A stretch of DNA of 64,000 nucleotides from Phallusia mammillata (Eukaryota): positions 24,676,001 to 24,740,000 of the forward strand of contig OZ281495.1 of the NCBI GenBank assembly GCA_965637545.1, in the 5' to 3' direction. The position numbers were made by a program, and so were the translations under genes. Shown in pieces: positions 1-13,900 of the stretch. Each line of letters starts with the position of its first letter. Position 1 is the first letter of the stretch. Under the pieces are notes generated by a model, which did not search any database, was not told the DNA's origin, and worked only from the letters and a program-made list of their open reading frames with translations.

Positions 1-1989
1 TTTGAAGCTTCAACCTTGGACATCACACCGGCATGGGACAGGTTGACCGTTGAAGATGGAGGTGTGTTTAAGATGACGCCCCAGACAGTGTACAAAATCG
101 ACCAAGTTACAGTTAACGGCCATTGGTTGATACCCACCCCCATCATCTTGCGTGGAAGTCTAAAATCTCTAACAGGAAACTTGATTGTCGGACCAAATGG
201 CATTTTCCGGATGGACGATGAGAACTACTTAAATTCTCCTAACGAATGGACACGAGAGTCGATCATCAATGCACATGAGGTTGTCGTCAACGGGCTTATG
301 CACGGTGGAATGATTTCCACCGCCTTAGTTGAAGAACAGGATCAAGACAGGGGCGACAATCTTACCTCAGTCGGACAAGAGGTCAACCAGAACGGCTGGG
401 ACGCTCTACTTATAGGAAGTGAAGGCAGTTTGCAGTTCAGACTCTCTGCCGGTTCTGAGGGAAATTTCCCAATTGACAATATCACATGCAATGGAAGTCT
501 GATGATTTTCGACAACGTGGCAATCGTGGGCAAAGTGACGACCATGGTGAAGAGCATTTATATAGGGGCGGGTGGAAACTTTACCCTTGGGGCTCTACCT
601 GATCGGCCGCAGAACGCGACATTGGGCAACAACATGATCTATGCGAAAATAGTGGAAGTGTATGGTGGTCTGTTCAATAGTTCTGACATACCGCTATCTC
701 TCAAGTGGGGTTGGTCGGATATGAGAATTCGAGCTGGAGGAAGAGCGCTCATTCTTCCGTTTAGGACGGATGAGGACCCTGATAGAGGAAACTTTCCTGT
801 CAACCATATGATAGTGGATGGAACTAACAGTTTGGTAAGCTTATTGAAGATAAAAATTAATCAAAAGAAATTGTAGCTAAAACATTCTTTTGTTTGTTGC
901 TTACGAGCCCTACGAAGTTGTCTCTTTTGTCGATACTACTGCAATTAATTAACCTATGATATATTTACCGTATATTCACACTGTCCCTTTGGTGTTGTGT
1001 GATGTTTCACTAGTATATTTATGACACTTAAAAATATTTTTCTATATTTCAGTTGCGTTTCTACGATCACGTGACCCTGAAAGGACGCAACCGGACCGCA
1101 TTGGTGGACCTGACGGTGTCTAACGGCGCCCAGATGTATCTCGTACGGGACACAAGCGATCTCTGCCAGATCAACAATACTTGCGCCTACTCGAAGTTGT
1201 ATTCAGAAACCGTGGACGTGCTTGGAGGAAGGTTGGACACCGGATATCTGGACAACGGAGCAGGGTGGGACGTTCAAGTGGACAATGGAGGCTTGGTCAG
1301 TATAATGTCAGCACAACAGATCAACAACGCGCTGCGCTTCGATCAATTTCTTGTTAGAGGTGGGTGGCGCTTTTTACTTTTATTTTTTGATTGGGCAACA
1401 CAAATTCAAATGCTGTTTATTATTTCGTTGTCGCAAATTTGGCTTGAAAAGAAATGGTCCAACAACAAAATTATGAGAGAACACATACAGAGTAACTACG
1501 TATGCACCAATTACCATATCTCCAACAGTTGGTATTTGACTAGTGGGCTACATATAGTCCTCCTTAATGTAAAATTATGAACACCGACTTGAATCAAGGC
1601 AAGGTTGAAGTAGTTGAAACATTAAACCAATAAAATAAATTACAGTGTAAATAAAATTGGGCCGTATTTTTTTAAAGGTTCCTCAACTTTCGAGATTCGT
1701 AACTGGGTTGACTTATATGGATCAAAAAGCGAGAAGATATCAAAACTCGAAGTCGGAGCTGGTTCCACTTTGCAACTCGATTCTGACAACTTAGCTGATA
1801 CGAGACAGAAACAAGATGGCGTCTGTCCTCTTCATTGCAATACACCGAGTTTGTTAAAAGTAGCGGTGGCACTTTTGGCCGGGAATGTTCGAACTCCAGC
1901 GCTCGTTGCAAATGCTTTTTCGGTGTCAGTTCCATCTACCGGTGAGATTGACCTCAATTACGGAGGGCAAGTTGCTGGCTGCGGAGAAG
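1..1989 (+). CDS. Exons 1-3: beta-strand-rich lead-in segment with no Gly module
   Basis: Exons <1-834, 1053-1359, 1678-1989 (phases 0,1,1). Donors GTAAGC, GTGGGT, GTAAAG. Translation reads VxVxxGGxL-type strands. Confidence 0.88.
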
Positions 1990-4900
1990 GTAAAGTTGTT
2001 GTAACTAAAATTTGGAACAGTGTTTTGTTCCTTAGCAATGATTAATGATGGCTTGAACGTATTATTCTGTTTTTTTCTAAATAAGTACGTTTGTTTGACA
2101 AAAAAAGTTTTCAGTTTTTTAAATGTCAACAAAAAGACTAGTAAACCACTTTGCGTCCGAACTATCTATAATATTTTTTAAGTTTAAAGCGCAACAAGGT
2201 TTTAACAAGACTTACATTTGCTTGTAAAAATACAATAATTTTGCTACAAGTTTTTTATCCCTGTCTAAATAGATTTTACTATTTTAGGTTCTGGCCCTTC
2301 CTATTCATCTGGTTCGCCTGGAGCCAGTCACGGTGGTAGAGGAGGTCGGTATGTAAACAGCGGAGCGCCGTTGCCACAGCAACCCTACGGATACGTTTAC
2401 GCGATTGGATCTTGTGGAAGCGGAGGAGGAAGTGCAACTTCTTCATCACTAGGTGGCCGCGGTGGTGGAAGACTGGAACTCAACATCACTAACGATCTTA
2501 CCCTCAATGGAAATGTGTTTGTCAATGGAGACTCGGCCAAAGTATAATGTGATGTTTTGTAATAAAGGTTTTTTGGGCGACAGACTGGTTCTTCATTCAA
2601 ACCATGGCCACACGTTCAGCGGTTTTTAGGCCTAGATTTTTTACGAATCGGTCTACTTTAATTTTTCGAATGCAAGTGGTCTGGCTTAACCATAACAAAT
2701 GTCCCATTCTACCCGTTTGCTTGCGTTAGGTCTATACATTTAAACAGAATGTAAATTAATTCGTTTAAATAAAAAGAAACAATTAAGTAGATACGCGTGT
2801 AACCGGAATCTCAAGTAATTTGCATGAATGAAAAAAAGTACTTTTATCCGGAATTTTAAATGATTTATTTAAATGAAAGAAAAACATAACTTGTTATAAG
2901 ATGAACAGAAATTTTGGGTGAATCGTTTAAAACAAAAACATTGTCCTTCTAGGGTTCACATTCTGGTGGTGGAAGCGGTGGTTCAATTTGGATCAAAACG
3001 TTCGAGTTATCAGGCTCCGGCAAAATATCTGCTAATGGCGGTGTTGGAAACTCAAACGGAGGTGGTGGATCTGGTGGAAGAATCGTCATTTATGCGGATA
3101 GCGGGGATTTCAGGACAGGGCACATCAGCAATAAAGGTTTGAACTCTGAAACAAACAAAAGACCGTTTCTCGTTGAGATAAATATGACTAAAATATTCTG
3201 CAAAAATGAGGGGAGGCAAAAAGTTTTTTGAAAGTGACATTGGAAAGTTTGAAAACACCCGAGTGTTTGAGACCAAAAAGGATTTTTTAATATTTTTAGT
3301 GGGCATGGTCCTTTTTATCATGACTGCGTATCATGTCCTGTAACGTTTTCAATCAAAAATCTTGTTTCATACCTAGAGTTTTATATACATGGTTACAGTT
3401 CAATGGAGTATGTACAGCAATTCTAAAAAATCCTAAAGTTGTTTTCGGATTCGTTTCGTACCGAGTTAGTTTTCGGATTTTCCTTCTGTTTGCAACTTCT
3501 TTATTATTGTGTAGGTGGCGCTGCTGGGAACGAAAACAGCGAACCTGGAGCGGCCGGTACCACATACTATGAAACGGAAACGGCCCGGATTTTGCGCGTC
3601 GACAACCAATGCCAAAAACCAGTTGTCACTATTCCGACAAGCACAAGGGCTAATGAAGAAAATTTCTACGAGTTTTACAACACAGGTGTGAAACACAATC
3701 ATTTGTTTTCTATTCTATTTCTTATCGATTTTTTTGTGGATAAAATATTTGTTATTCAGGATAAAGTGTTGGATTTGGACTAATAAAATATGCAATTTTG
3801 TTTAATTCTTTAGACAACTTCTCAGAAACATGCCTAGTAGAACGGTAGATAATATTATTAGTTTAAAACAAGTTAACGATATTGATTTTTTTCAGGCGCC
3901 GTCACCATCTTAAAGCATAAAACTGACGGAAATCCGCACGATTTTACTTTGATGGAAATTTACGGTGGTTCTCATTTAACACTTGAAGATGTGGTAGTTC
4001 CTTCGTCAGGCAATGAAACTGTTGAACCTGACCTTAAAAAGTCTGTGGTGACGGCTGGTCTTGTTGGTGATGACACTGGTTTTGTGCATATTCCACCTTA
4101 CGTTTCAATGCACTGGAAGAAGGTAGTTGTTTCGTTTTGTTGCAGCTGTTTAAGTTAAAAAAACAATTCGATTTCTAATGTATCGTCTTTTTTCACATGT
4201 TCAAAACATACTTACGTTTTGAAAGCCTGCCTGACTGAGCAATTACATTTATGTCCGCAACGATACGGTTTTTCTACAATTGCGAGAAGAAGAAAACTTT
4301 TTTAATTGTCAACTAACGAAATATCTAAAAATATGAGTTTAATGATGAAAATAACGGTCAATGTAGACGTAAAAGGCGACATTCTTTATTGTTCAAACGT
4401 TTTGGCAGATGCTCATGCCAAAATAGATTATTAATATTACTATTTTCACTAAGGCATCAACGGGTGAAGGCGTGATACTGTGTGTATTGGTCTTGCATAA
4501 AATCTCGAACTTTTGGGTTTCTGCATTTTAGGTCGAGCGCTACAGCTTCGCAAACATGACTGTGATGCCAGTAATCTACGAAAAAGGTCTTTTTAAACTC
4601 CCGAGTGCTACAGTAGAATTTCGACCAGCCTTCCACGAATACAATTACAACAGGTATGGCTGGAATCTAACAATATCTTAACTAACCTATAGGCTCTTTT
4701 CGACAAACTCAATTAAATATCAACCTCAATATTGTCTGTTACTTCAATGTACAGCTGGCATACAGTTGTAAACAAAAGAATCTGGCTTTATTATCTTGTA
4801 TTGTCTGTAACTTTTTATCAATTGTAACGTAATTGATGGGCCTATTCGCCTTTTATGAGTATAGACGCCCTTGCTTTTGCTCGTGCACTTTATACTGGGT

Positions 4901-7900
4901 AGAGCTGCTATAACAAGTTCTCACAACACCAAAAATTGCTAAATACAATCCTAATAGCCCTAACCGTCGGGATTTGTGTACAAATTGCATTTGAAATATT
5001 TACGAATGCTCTTTGTGTCACCTAACGGTAATTAGCAAAATAATCTGGTGTAAGTTCTCGTGTTTTTAGATTTTACATTTCACTGACGATGGCAATTGTT
5101 TTGTCGAAACTTGTGCTTCATTGAATGTCTGCGTTTTTTTCTAGATCCCTGGCAATCTTGTTTTTATTGATATGAATTACGATTGTAATACCTGTTTGTT
5201 GACTATGTAGCTCTGATTCTAAAAAAAAACATCATATCATATTAGGGCCTCTTATATTTTAATGTGACACCCATCTCATAACAAGTATTTTTGCACAGTA
5301 AATCTTGCTCCCAATCTTTTCTGACTGGAACTCCTGGAAGTGGAACAAGACGATTTCCAATATGGGGAACACTTGACTCTTATGATGCTCATCTTCTTGT
5401 AGCATCATGTAAGCAAAACATTTTCAAGGCCATCTATGCAAGCTTTACGTATTTTTGCATTGACCAATGTTATGTGTGCTTTTCTTGCATTGACCAATGT
5501 TATGTGTGCTTGCAGATGCGACTCTCAGTTATCAACTGCCCCATATTCGAACCATAAATGCGGTCGGCGTCACTGTGCAAAACAAGGGTCATCTGGAATT
5601 GAACAGCCTGGATGGTCTTGAAAGCGATCTGTGGGTGGTGAAGGTAGGAAGATATTTTGTCCTACAAAAGTATTTTAACGACTTTAATTGCCGCTTTTCC
5701 TGATAAAAACATTTAACTTAGTATCTTTATTTTATGTATACACCATGTTTGTATGTGCAGATGCGTAACGACGACGGTACAGATTACCGAAGAGGTGAGC
5801 TGACCATTGAAGGCCATGGAACAATGACTGCTCGTTCGCTTTATATCAAAGCACAGTCGGTGACGATAGACGAAAATGCTTTACTGACTGCTAACGGCAA
5901 GGGAAATGTCGAGGGTACAGGTGTCGGATACGGTAAGTTCGTTAATAGAAATCGTGGAGAATAAAATGCCTGTTTGTGTATTTGGAGTTTTGTGAACATA
6001 TTAAGTGCAATCCAAGTAAAAACGTTCCAATCACCCACAAAGTCTTTACTTCACCACATACATATTTAAGGTTTATGTTTTATTTTATCTGTCACGGCCG
6101 TACAGGTAACTATTTCTAACCTATATTGACTTTGCGTTGTTTATCAACGTTTCTTGTTGCTGAAACCGTCACAGATTAGAAAAAAAGGATCTTCAATTAA
6201 ACTTTGTTGTAGCAACTGGAAAAATTGCTGCCGGTGGAAGTTACGGTGGTCAGGGTGGCCGAACTGATGATTCTGATGCCAATGCGGGAATGACCTCGCC
6301 TACACAAAACGATCCTGTGTATGGAATCATTGCAAAACCAACTTTGTTCGGTTCTGGTGGATTGGGAAACCTTGGATATGGTGGAAGTACTGGTGGAGTG
6401 GGAGGAGGCTTCATCAATATTACTACATCTGTGCTAACAGTTGAAGGACTGTTGTCTGCTGATGGGTCTGGTTCCACTACTGGCAGTGGCGGAAGTGGAG
6501 GTAATATTTTGTTTGTCTAGTTTAGTGATTCTTAACATTTTTTGTACGTGTAATTTTGGTTTTCAGGACGTCATTTTTTTGCGACGTCATAGTTAGCAAT
6601 CTTTGTTTGTTTACGGGGTAACACTCATAAAAAGGTTAAAAACTACTGGTCTAGTTTTGCACCACTGCAAGGCCTCTGTTGATGTGTGAATTTACATCTA
6701 ACCTGTAGTTTTTACCAACCCTATTAAATCTTGTTAGTCATTCTTTAAAACATTACATTTGTTATTTGTCAACAAATCACCTTAAGCTTTGCGGCTGTAA
6801 TCCCAATCATGAGTAAAAAACAGTGATTTTTTTTTATCTATGAAGTGCTGAAATCACTACCCAACAGTGAATTTTTATCTATAAAGTGCTGAATCACTAC
6901 CATGTTATGCATGAGTGATTTCGGCGGGAGAAATTTTCTTTTGTTGCTGTTGGTTTACAGAAAAGAAGACAAACCATTTTAAGCGTGCGTTTTAAAACGG
7001 TAAACTAATAACTAGATTCAAACACTACTGCTATGTACGTTTGTGATGTTAAAATTCAGTTATTCGTTTACTGAATTGGCAGATAACCAGGTTTTTGCTG
7101 CTTTATTTGTTTATGTGATAAGTTGATTGAAAAGTCGTCATTTTCGCTACATTTTTTCAAAACTGCACAACTTTTACACTATAAATTTATTTCCTAACTT
7201 ATAGGTAGTGTCTTCATTACCACCAGCTGGTTGGAAGGCCACGGCAAAATCACCAGCAACGGCGGAGCTGGTTCCTGCCAGGGTAAAGCGTCCAACACAC
7301 TGACATGCGGTGGTGGAGGCGGTGGTAGGGTTGCTCTACATTTCGAGAACGATCTGCGATGGTGGAAGGGCGAATTAAGCAGTTATGGTGGCTCTGGATC
7401 AGTTGGGTCTTCAGTCGGTGCTTACGGTGGCGCTGGAACTGTGCTGTACTCGTACAGATTGTTGAAAGCTGGCATTGAAACTAACTGGTTGGATGTAAAG
7501 AACCAAAGAGGTATGTCAAATCTTGCGATAGTGTGTTTGTATAATTGTATGTAGACAACAATAACGTATCGATTTTATCTGACTTAACTTGCCGGTTTGG
7601 AGTTACAATTCTTGATAACATAGACCGGATAAGGTTCAATTAAGACAAAAGTTTAGGAAAAATAAACTGCATAAACAATAGCTGGGCAAAACTGTTTTCA
7701 ATACCCATCTTAACTTAATAAGTTAGGCTTAATTGGGGTGTTTAAAGGTTTCGAAATAATACTATAGACTTGTTAGCTGGAAACTGTTTTTATTACATAT
7801 CGTGGTCAATGTGTTTTCAGGTGCACTAAGCAGCACATCGATTGAAGACGGACTAACCTCTCTAGCGCAAACCGCTTCGAGCAACGCGACCAACTCGAAT

Positions 7901-10900
7901 AGCAGTCGCAAGCGCCGCAGCATCACCACTGGAGCGGAATCTTTTGGTTTCAACCGTGTGTCGGTGAGGAATGGAGCTCGCCTGGCCCTACGCCAAGACT
8001 ACGTGCGACTCGACTCACGTCTTCTTATGTCGGGCGACCGAACAGGCTGGTTACATGTGAGATCAGGACAAACCATCGTCATCGGTATGTATTGATTTGT
8101 ACATATAGTTTCAAGGACACGAGATTAAAAGCAATTTCGTTACCAAAATATACAGATTACTTGTTAAAATCACTATTTTTACCACAATAGAAAGTTTTTC
8201 AGACAATCTCTGACAATAACTCTCCTAGATATTTTTGAAGAAAAAAAAAATCCCGTTGAAGTTGATTTGTTGCTGTGTGTGTGAAGCATAAAGGACCAAA
8301 ATAATTGCAACAAAGCTTGGGGGCCTAAGTGTAAAATGTTTCCAGTTTCCTATTCTGCAACAAATCAAGTGCAATGGCACATGCTTTTCAAAAATACCTT
8401 TTTTACTAGGTTTCATAAAATATTTTTTTAACAGTGAAGCAGTAGCGCCATTGCAGTTATTTGTCAATTTAAAGTCATTTCTATGCACTAAACTAGCTTT
8501 CACTTTAATTTGTTACCATATTATTTCTCTAGGTGCATACAGCGATACCACTCCTTTCCAGTACGAAAAATTTAAACGTATCGAATGGGGCGAGGTTCAA
8601 ACGAATGTGTTTGTGCACGAGGGCGGAAGCCTATACCTGTCGCCCGATACCTCTTGTCGCGGTGTGAGAATAATTGTCATGGGAACCATCGCCGTCCGTG
8701 ACTTTACCGTCGCAGCTGGATGCAAACTTCAACTTGGACCAACTGGAACGACGAAGATCCTTTCTTCCAGCAACGCTAACAGCACGAATCACGACACCAC
8801 ATCAGTGACGGGCATCTACAAGTTTGTATCGTTATCAATAGGCGACCAGGGAGAGGTTTCGGCTTTGGCTGGTTCCGCCGACTTGGAGAACAACGTTACG
8901 ATTGTAGCCTTTGACACGATTCGTGTTTTCGGCGGTGGTTTACTGCATGCAGTTTCCGTGAAGCTTAAGGCTCACAAGTTGATTGTTGACGACTTGGGTA
9001 CGATTTCGGGCGACGCCAACTCTATTTCTTGCCACGGTGATCCACACACGACCACCACAGCGGACGATCTCCTCCTAACTGGTTCCGGAAAGAGCGGTTC
9101 TGGCGCGTCGGGCGCTGGACACGGAGGTCGCGGAGGGCGAGGCACAGGGCAATGGCACACAGGTGGAGCCTACGGTAGCATGTACGACCCAGAAACTCAC
9201 GGATGCATTGGAGGTAGCGACGGGTCTTATTCCGGCGGTCGCGGTGGTGGAAACGTTGTTCTAAATGTAACCGGTGAGATGCAGATCGATGGACTGGTCA
9301 CAGCCAATGGAGAAACTGCTACTGGAGGTTCAGCAGGTGGTGGAAGCGGAGGCAGCATCGTTATACATGTTAACAATATGCGGGGGTACGGTGATATCAC
9401 TGTTAACGGGGGTAGCGGTCATGCGTCTGGCAACAACATAGGAGGTGGTGGCGCTGCCGGTAGAATCGCTGTTTACTTTCTTTCCAACAAAACCTACTCC
9501 GGATCTTGGCAAGCACATGGTGGAAAACCGGGTTACGAAGCGACAGGAACTCGTACTGGCTACGGTGGACCTGGTACAATGTTCTTCTATCACTTGGAGC
9601 ATAAGCATACAACGCTTATAATCAACAACAATGGCCATGGACCGGACAAGGACAGCAACTACATCGAGGATTACGCCGATCTAACCCAGGACGAGTCACG
9701 GGCTTGGTTTTTGCCTACTCACCGCGAACACGAGTTGTCCGGCAGCTCACATCACTTCTACTTTGATGAGCTTCAAGTGTGGGGCAATGCACATTTTGCG
9801 ATATCACCAAAACTGGATGAGGAAAATACTGCCTCAAACAATACAGGTACGCTGAAATGCTGTAAACTTAAGTGGTTGACAGAGTAGTAAGGTGAGACAG
9901 GCTTTTCGGGTCAGGTTTATAGGCTTAAATATGACTAGAACGGGCTTCATTGAGGCCTTACTTTACACTCGACATCAATGGTGCCTAATTTGGGCTTGTG
10001 CTTTCGGATTTGGGCCACAATTTTGGGCCGTCTCTTAAACTCTTAACCTTTGTATCTCTCCTCGGCGAACTTTAATGCTATAATGCGGTGAGGAAATTTT
10101 GTTATGTTGACTGTTAAATTTGTTGTGATGTCAATTATATCAGTGATGTCGAAACAGGAACACTTTCTTTATGGGCTACTATTCGTCTATACCAGTGGTT
10201 CTCAAACTGGGGTCCGCGGTCCTTTAGGGGTCCGTGAGGCAATTTTGGGAGGAGCGCGAAAAGGTTGGGGTACTTTTATAATCTTCTTTGGCGTCAGTTT
10301 GTGACACTGAATTAGGTAAAATCAAAGTATAATTAAGAATCGACTGTCTCCGTTGCTAAACAATAGCCTGAATTGCATGACAACTAAGAAAAGTGCATCT
10401 GTTCGCGCACAATCGTAATGTTTTTTGTCTTGTCAGTGATGTCGCAAGCTGTCTTTGGATCATTGTTATGGGCAATTTTACAAAACTAGCTAAAATCCCA
10501 CAATCAACTTTCGTATTTCTGAAATACACATTCAGGCTTAAGGACCGCGGGCACTTGAAATAATGGCAAAGGGACCGTTTGGATAAAAATATGAAAAAGT
10601 TTGAGAACCACTGGTCTATACTTTGTAGGACGTCTATGTTGAATTGGGGTACCTTTACTATTATGACATCTTTGCAACTCTGTGTGTATAAAAACTGGTT
10701 TATCACATTTTTCTAGGAAACTCGACTGACCAAGGACCTGAAACTACGATATATTTCAAGCACATGATCGGTGATCGCACTGGAGCTATTCACGTTGGAC
10801 CACGACAGAGTCTAGATCTGGAGCGAGCCTTTATCGATCTTCCGTTCAGCGCCCACGTGTATAAGCTGGGTCACCTTGGTCTGGCCCCTGTTACCCACAT

Positions 10901-13900
10901 CCACGGGGTCACAATCTGGCTGAGTGGGGCTCTCACCCACGTACGCAACGTGACTGTGCGACTTGGTGGACGTCTGTGGCTAAATCGAGACGGTAAGTGA
11001 AAATCCAAATGACGTTTGTTTTAAAATTCTGTTTGCCTAAAATTATTCTAACTTGCATTTATTTTGTTTAAAATCGTATAACTATATTTAGCAGCAAATC
11101 AATCACGTTTTTGATGAGCGGGTTTTGGTTATTTAACTTCTTAATCTTTACGGTCTTAAAACAAATGTTTTTACCAGGGCTGGGGAGTCGGGTACGAACC
11201 TCCGACTCAAACTTCTTCCAGAAATTTTAAATTTAGACTCCGAAAAATTTGTAATGGGTAGAAATGTTATTAATCAACAAAAGTAGGTTATACACAAAAA
11301 AAAACACTAAAACAATTTAAATTTATGAATCTTTTTGTATCCAAAAAGTCCAAACCAAATTAAGGGATTCGTAGTCAGCCAATTTCCCCCACTTTGAATC
11401 GGACTCAGTTAGCTCAAAAATGTCTCCGATCCCTTGACTCCCCAACTCTGGCTTTTACAATGTTTCAATTCATTGAGCGTTTAACTTTTTGTTTCACTGG
11501 AAATTTGCCAGAAGAGCTCCATAAACTTGATATTATGCCTGGCAGCAATAGCTTATATATTCGTTTCACAGGTCGCACCGCCAGCAAATACGACATCGAC
11601 GATTCTTTTTACTACCCCGAGCTTGACGACGACGAGTTTGCTGGAAAATTCCGCTTCGACTGGATGCATGTCCAAGATATGGGCTTGGTTCATATGATCA
11701 ACGATCCAACCAAGGACCCTGGGACCGAATTTCGAGTCATTGATCTTACGGTTGACGGAGGGGGTCAAGTGGAAGGGACTCATGTGTATGTACATGCCGA
11801 GGACATCACTATTGACTCCGGTGGACTGGTGACAGCTAACGGACAGGGATACGGATTGCAGCATGGTGGTCCACAGTTTACCAATGGCTCGCTAAATATG
11901 GGATACCACGGCATAATCAATCCAGGTATACTAGCTAAATAGTCACACTAATAATTCTTGACATTAAAAACAATCTGGATTTCCTCCACTAGTTCCTACG
12001 TTTTTGTCTTGTTTACCCTGGCTTTGAAATACAATGAAACATGAAAATTCCTCCTGGACGCCTTTTATACATCAATATTTTATGCACCAAAGATTTGCTC
12101 ATTTAAATTTACCCCCGAGTTAAGAACTTTTGCTTTAATGGATTAAAGACCATCAAATAGAGGATCTAAAATTACTAAATTTTATAATGCTAACAACTTT
12201 CGTTCGAATGCAGCAGGTTAGCACTGAATCTGCAGTTGATAATTCCTAAATGTAGCCATTGTCCTATTTTCTCGTGATCAAGACAAACCATTAAAACTCT
12301 TTCTCTTCCCTTAGGTATTGGTTTCGCCGCCAGCAGCTACTCGAACGGGGCTACACCATCAGGCGCTGGTCACGGTGGTAGCGGTGGACACGGACGCGGA
12401 ACTGGTGTGCTGAAAACTGGTCAACCATATGGCGACCTTTACGAACCAGAGGCGTTTGGTTCAGTTGGTGGTGGACCATCTGGTGGTGCCGGTGGTGGTC
12501 GTATCTGGTTGAACGTTACTGGTATGATCCACATTGATGGTACTTTGTCAGCGGATGGTGCTGCTGCCGGATCTCACAGCCAAGGAGGCGGAGGTGGAAG
12601 TGGAGGCAGCATCTGGATGCACTGCAACGTTATCTCCGGTTATGGTGTCGTGTCATCGAATGGTGGATCTGGCGCTGCTAGTGGTAACGGCGGAGGCGGT
12701 GCTGGTGGACGTGTGGCGGTGTACTTTAACAAAAACATCACTTTCAGGTACGTGCCAAATATTGGTTTTGGTTTCATAAACGTTTGTCTTGTTAGGCTTT
12801 GTAGCAGTTAGTTTTGTTAGTCGACCTGCTACAATAGTTTCGTGGTGACACCTACGACGACTACGTGACTTCTGGCAGCTAGCGATTCTTTAACCACAAC
12901 ATTAGGCCAACAACTGGTACTTGAGAAAACACATGAAGCAAAATTAAAACCGAAAGTTGGGCTTGTTTATTTATCGCATGACGAATTGTAAATAAACATG
13001 TTTTGGTGCCGCGAATAGCCATTCATGGGGACTTTATGTGTCAATGTTAGTGCCCAGATAATTGCTATTATTGCATTATCCTATGTTTTTGTCACGTTTA
13101 TTTATTACAGTGTAAAATAGACGTACAACAGAACCTTTACCATTCTGTTGCATTATCACTTTGTTTTCGCAGTTCCTTTACGTTCCACGCCCACGGCGGT
13201 CGATGCCAGGAAGACACATCCAGTGTTTCTCCGAGATGCGAGGTAGGAGGAGCAGGAACAATCTTCCTCTACCACCAGGTTGAGAAGCACACAACGCTTC
13301 GTGTAGAAAACGGAGGAACTAGCATCGGAACGCGTCGCCTCTTCGCTCTTCCAAGGAGCAAGCTCGTACTCTGGGATAACCTTGAAGAGGACGGAGGTAG
13401 AGCGTGGATTTTGGCTGCAACATCCGGAGGACACAAGTTCGCCAATTTTGGGCACGACTTTCATTTTGATGAGTTCCAGGTGTGGAAAATTATCGCCAAA
13501 ATTAAAATATTTTGTTCATCATACAAAAGAGTTAATCTCATTACCAACTTGCTATTTTTTATGCATTTACCCGGACTATGTAATGAGCCAAATAATTTAC
13601 CAAACCAACGACCCTTATGCAATTTAACGGATTTAAGGTTACCTAGATTTGTCTGCATAGACAATTTAGGTGTTTATCGTTGTTGATTTGCAACAGATTT
13701 CATCTATTGTTTAGGGATAAAGGCTTTATCATGGTGCTATGCTTTCGAGATATATACGTTACGGTGCAAGAATATTGTGATTTAAATTGTTAATTCCTAT
13801 ACACAGGTATACGGAGGAGCACATCTGGCAGTCATGGACCCGGACAAGATTCCTCCCGATCAGCTCTGGCGCTACCAAGTGACGGTTATTACCACTCGCA

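Noticed and set aside
349-357. RGD motifs (349-357, 13906-13914, 24541-24549) as integrin-binding sites
   Set aside because: About three RGDs are roughly what chance gives in a 7,600-aa Gly-rich protein, and the third is part of the structural GDxxG motif. Conservation data would be needed.
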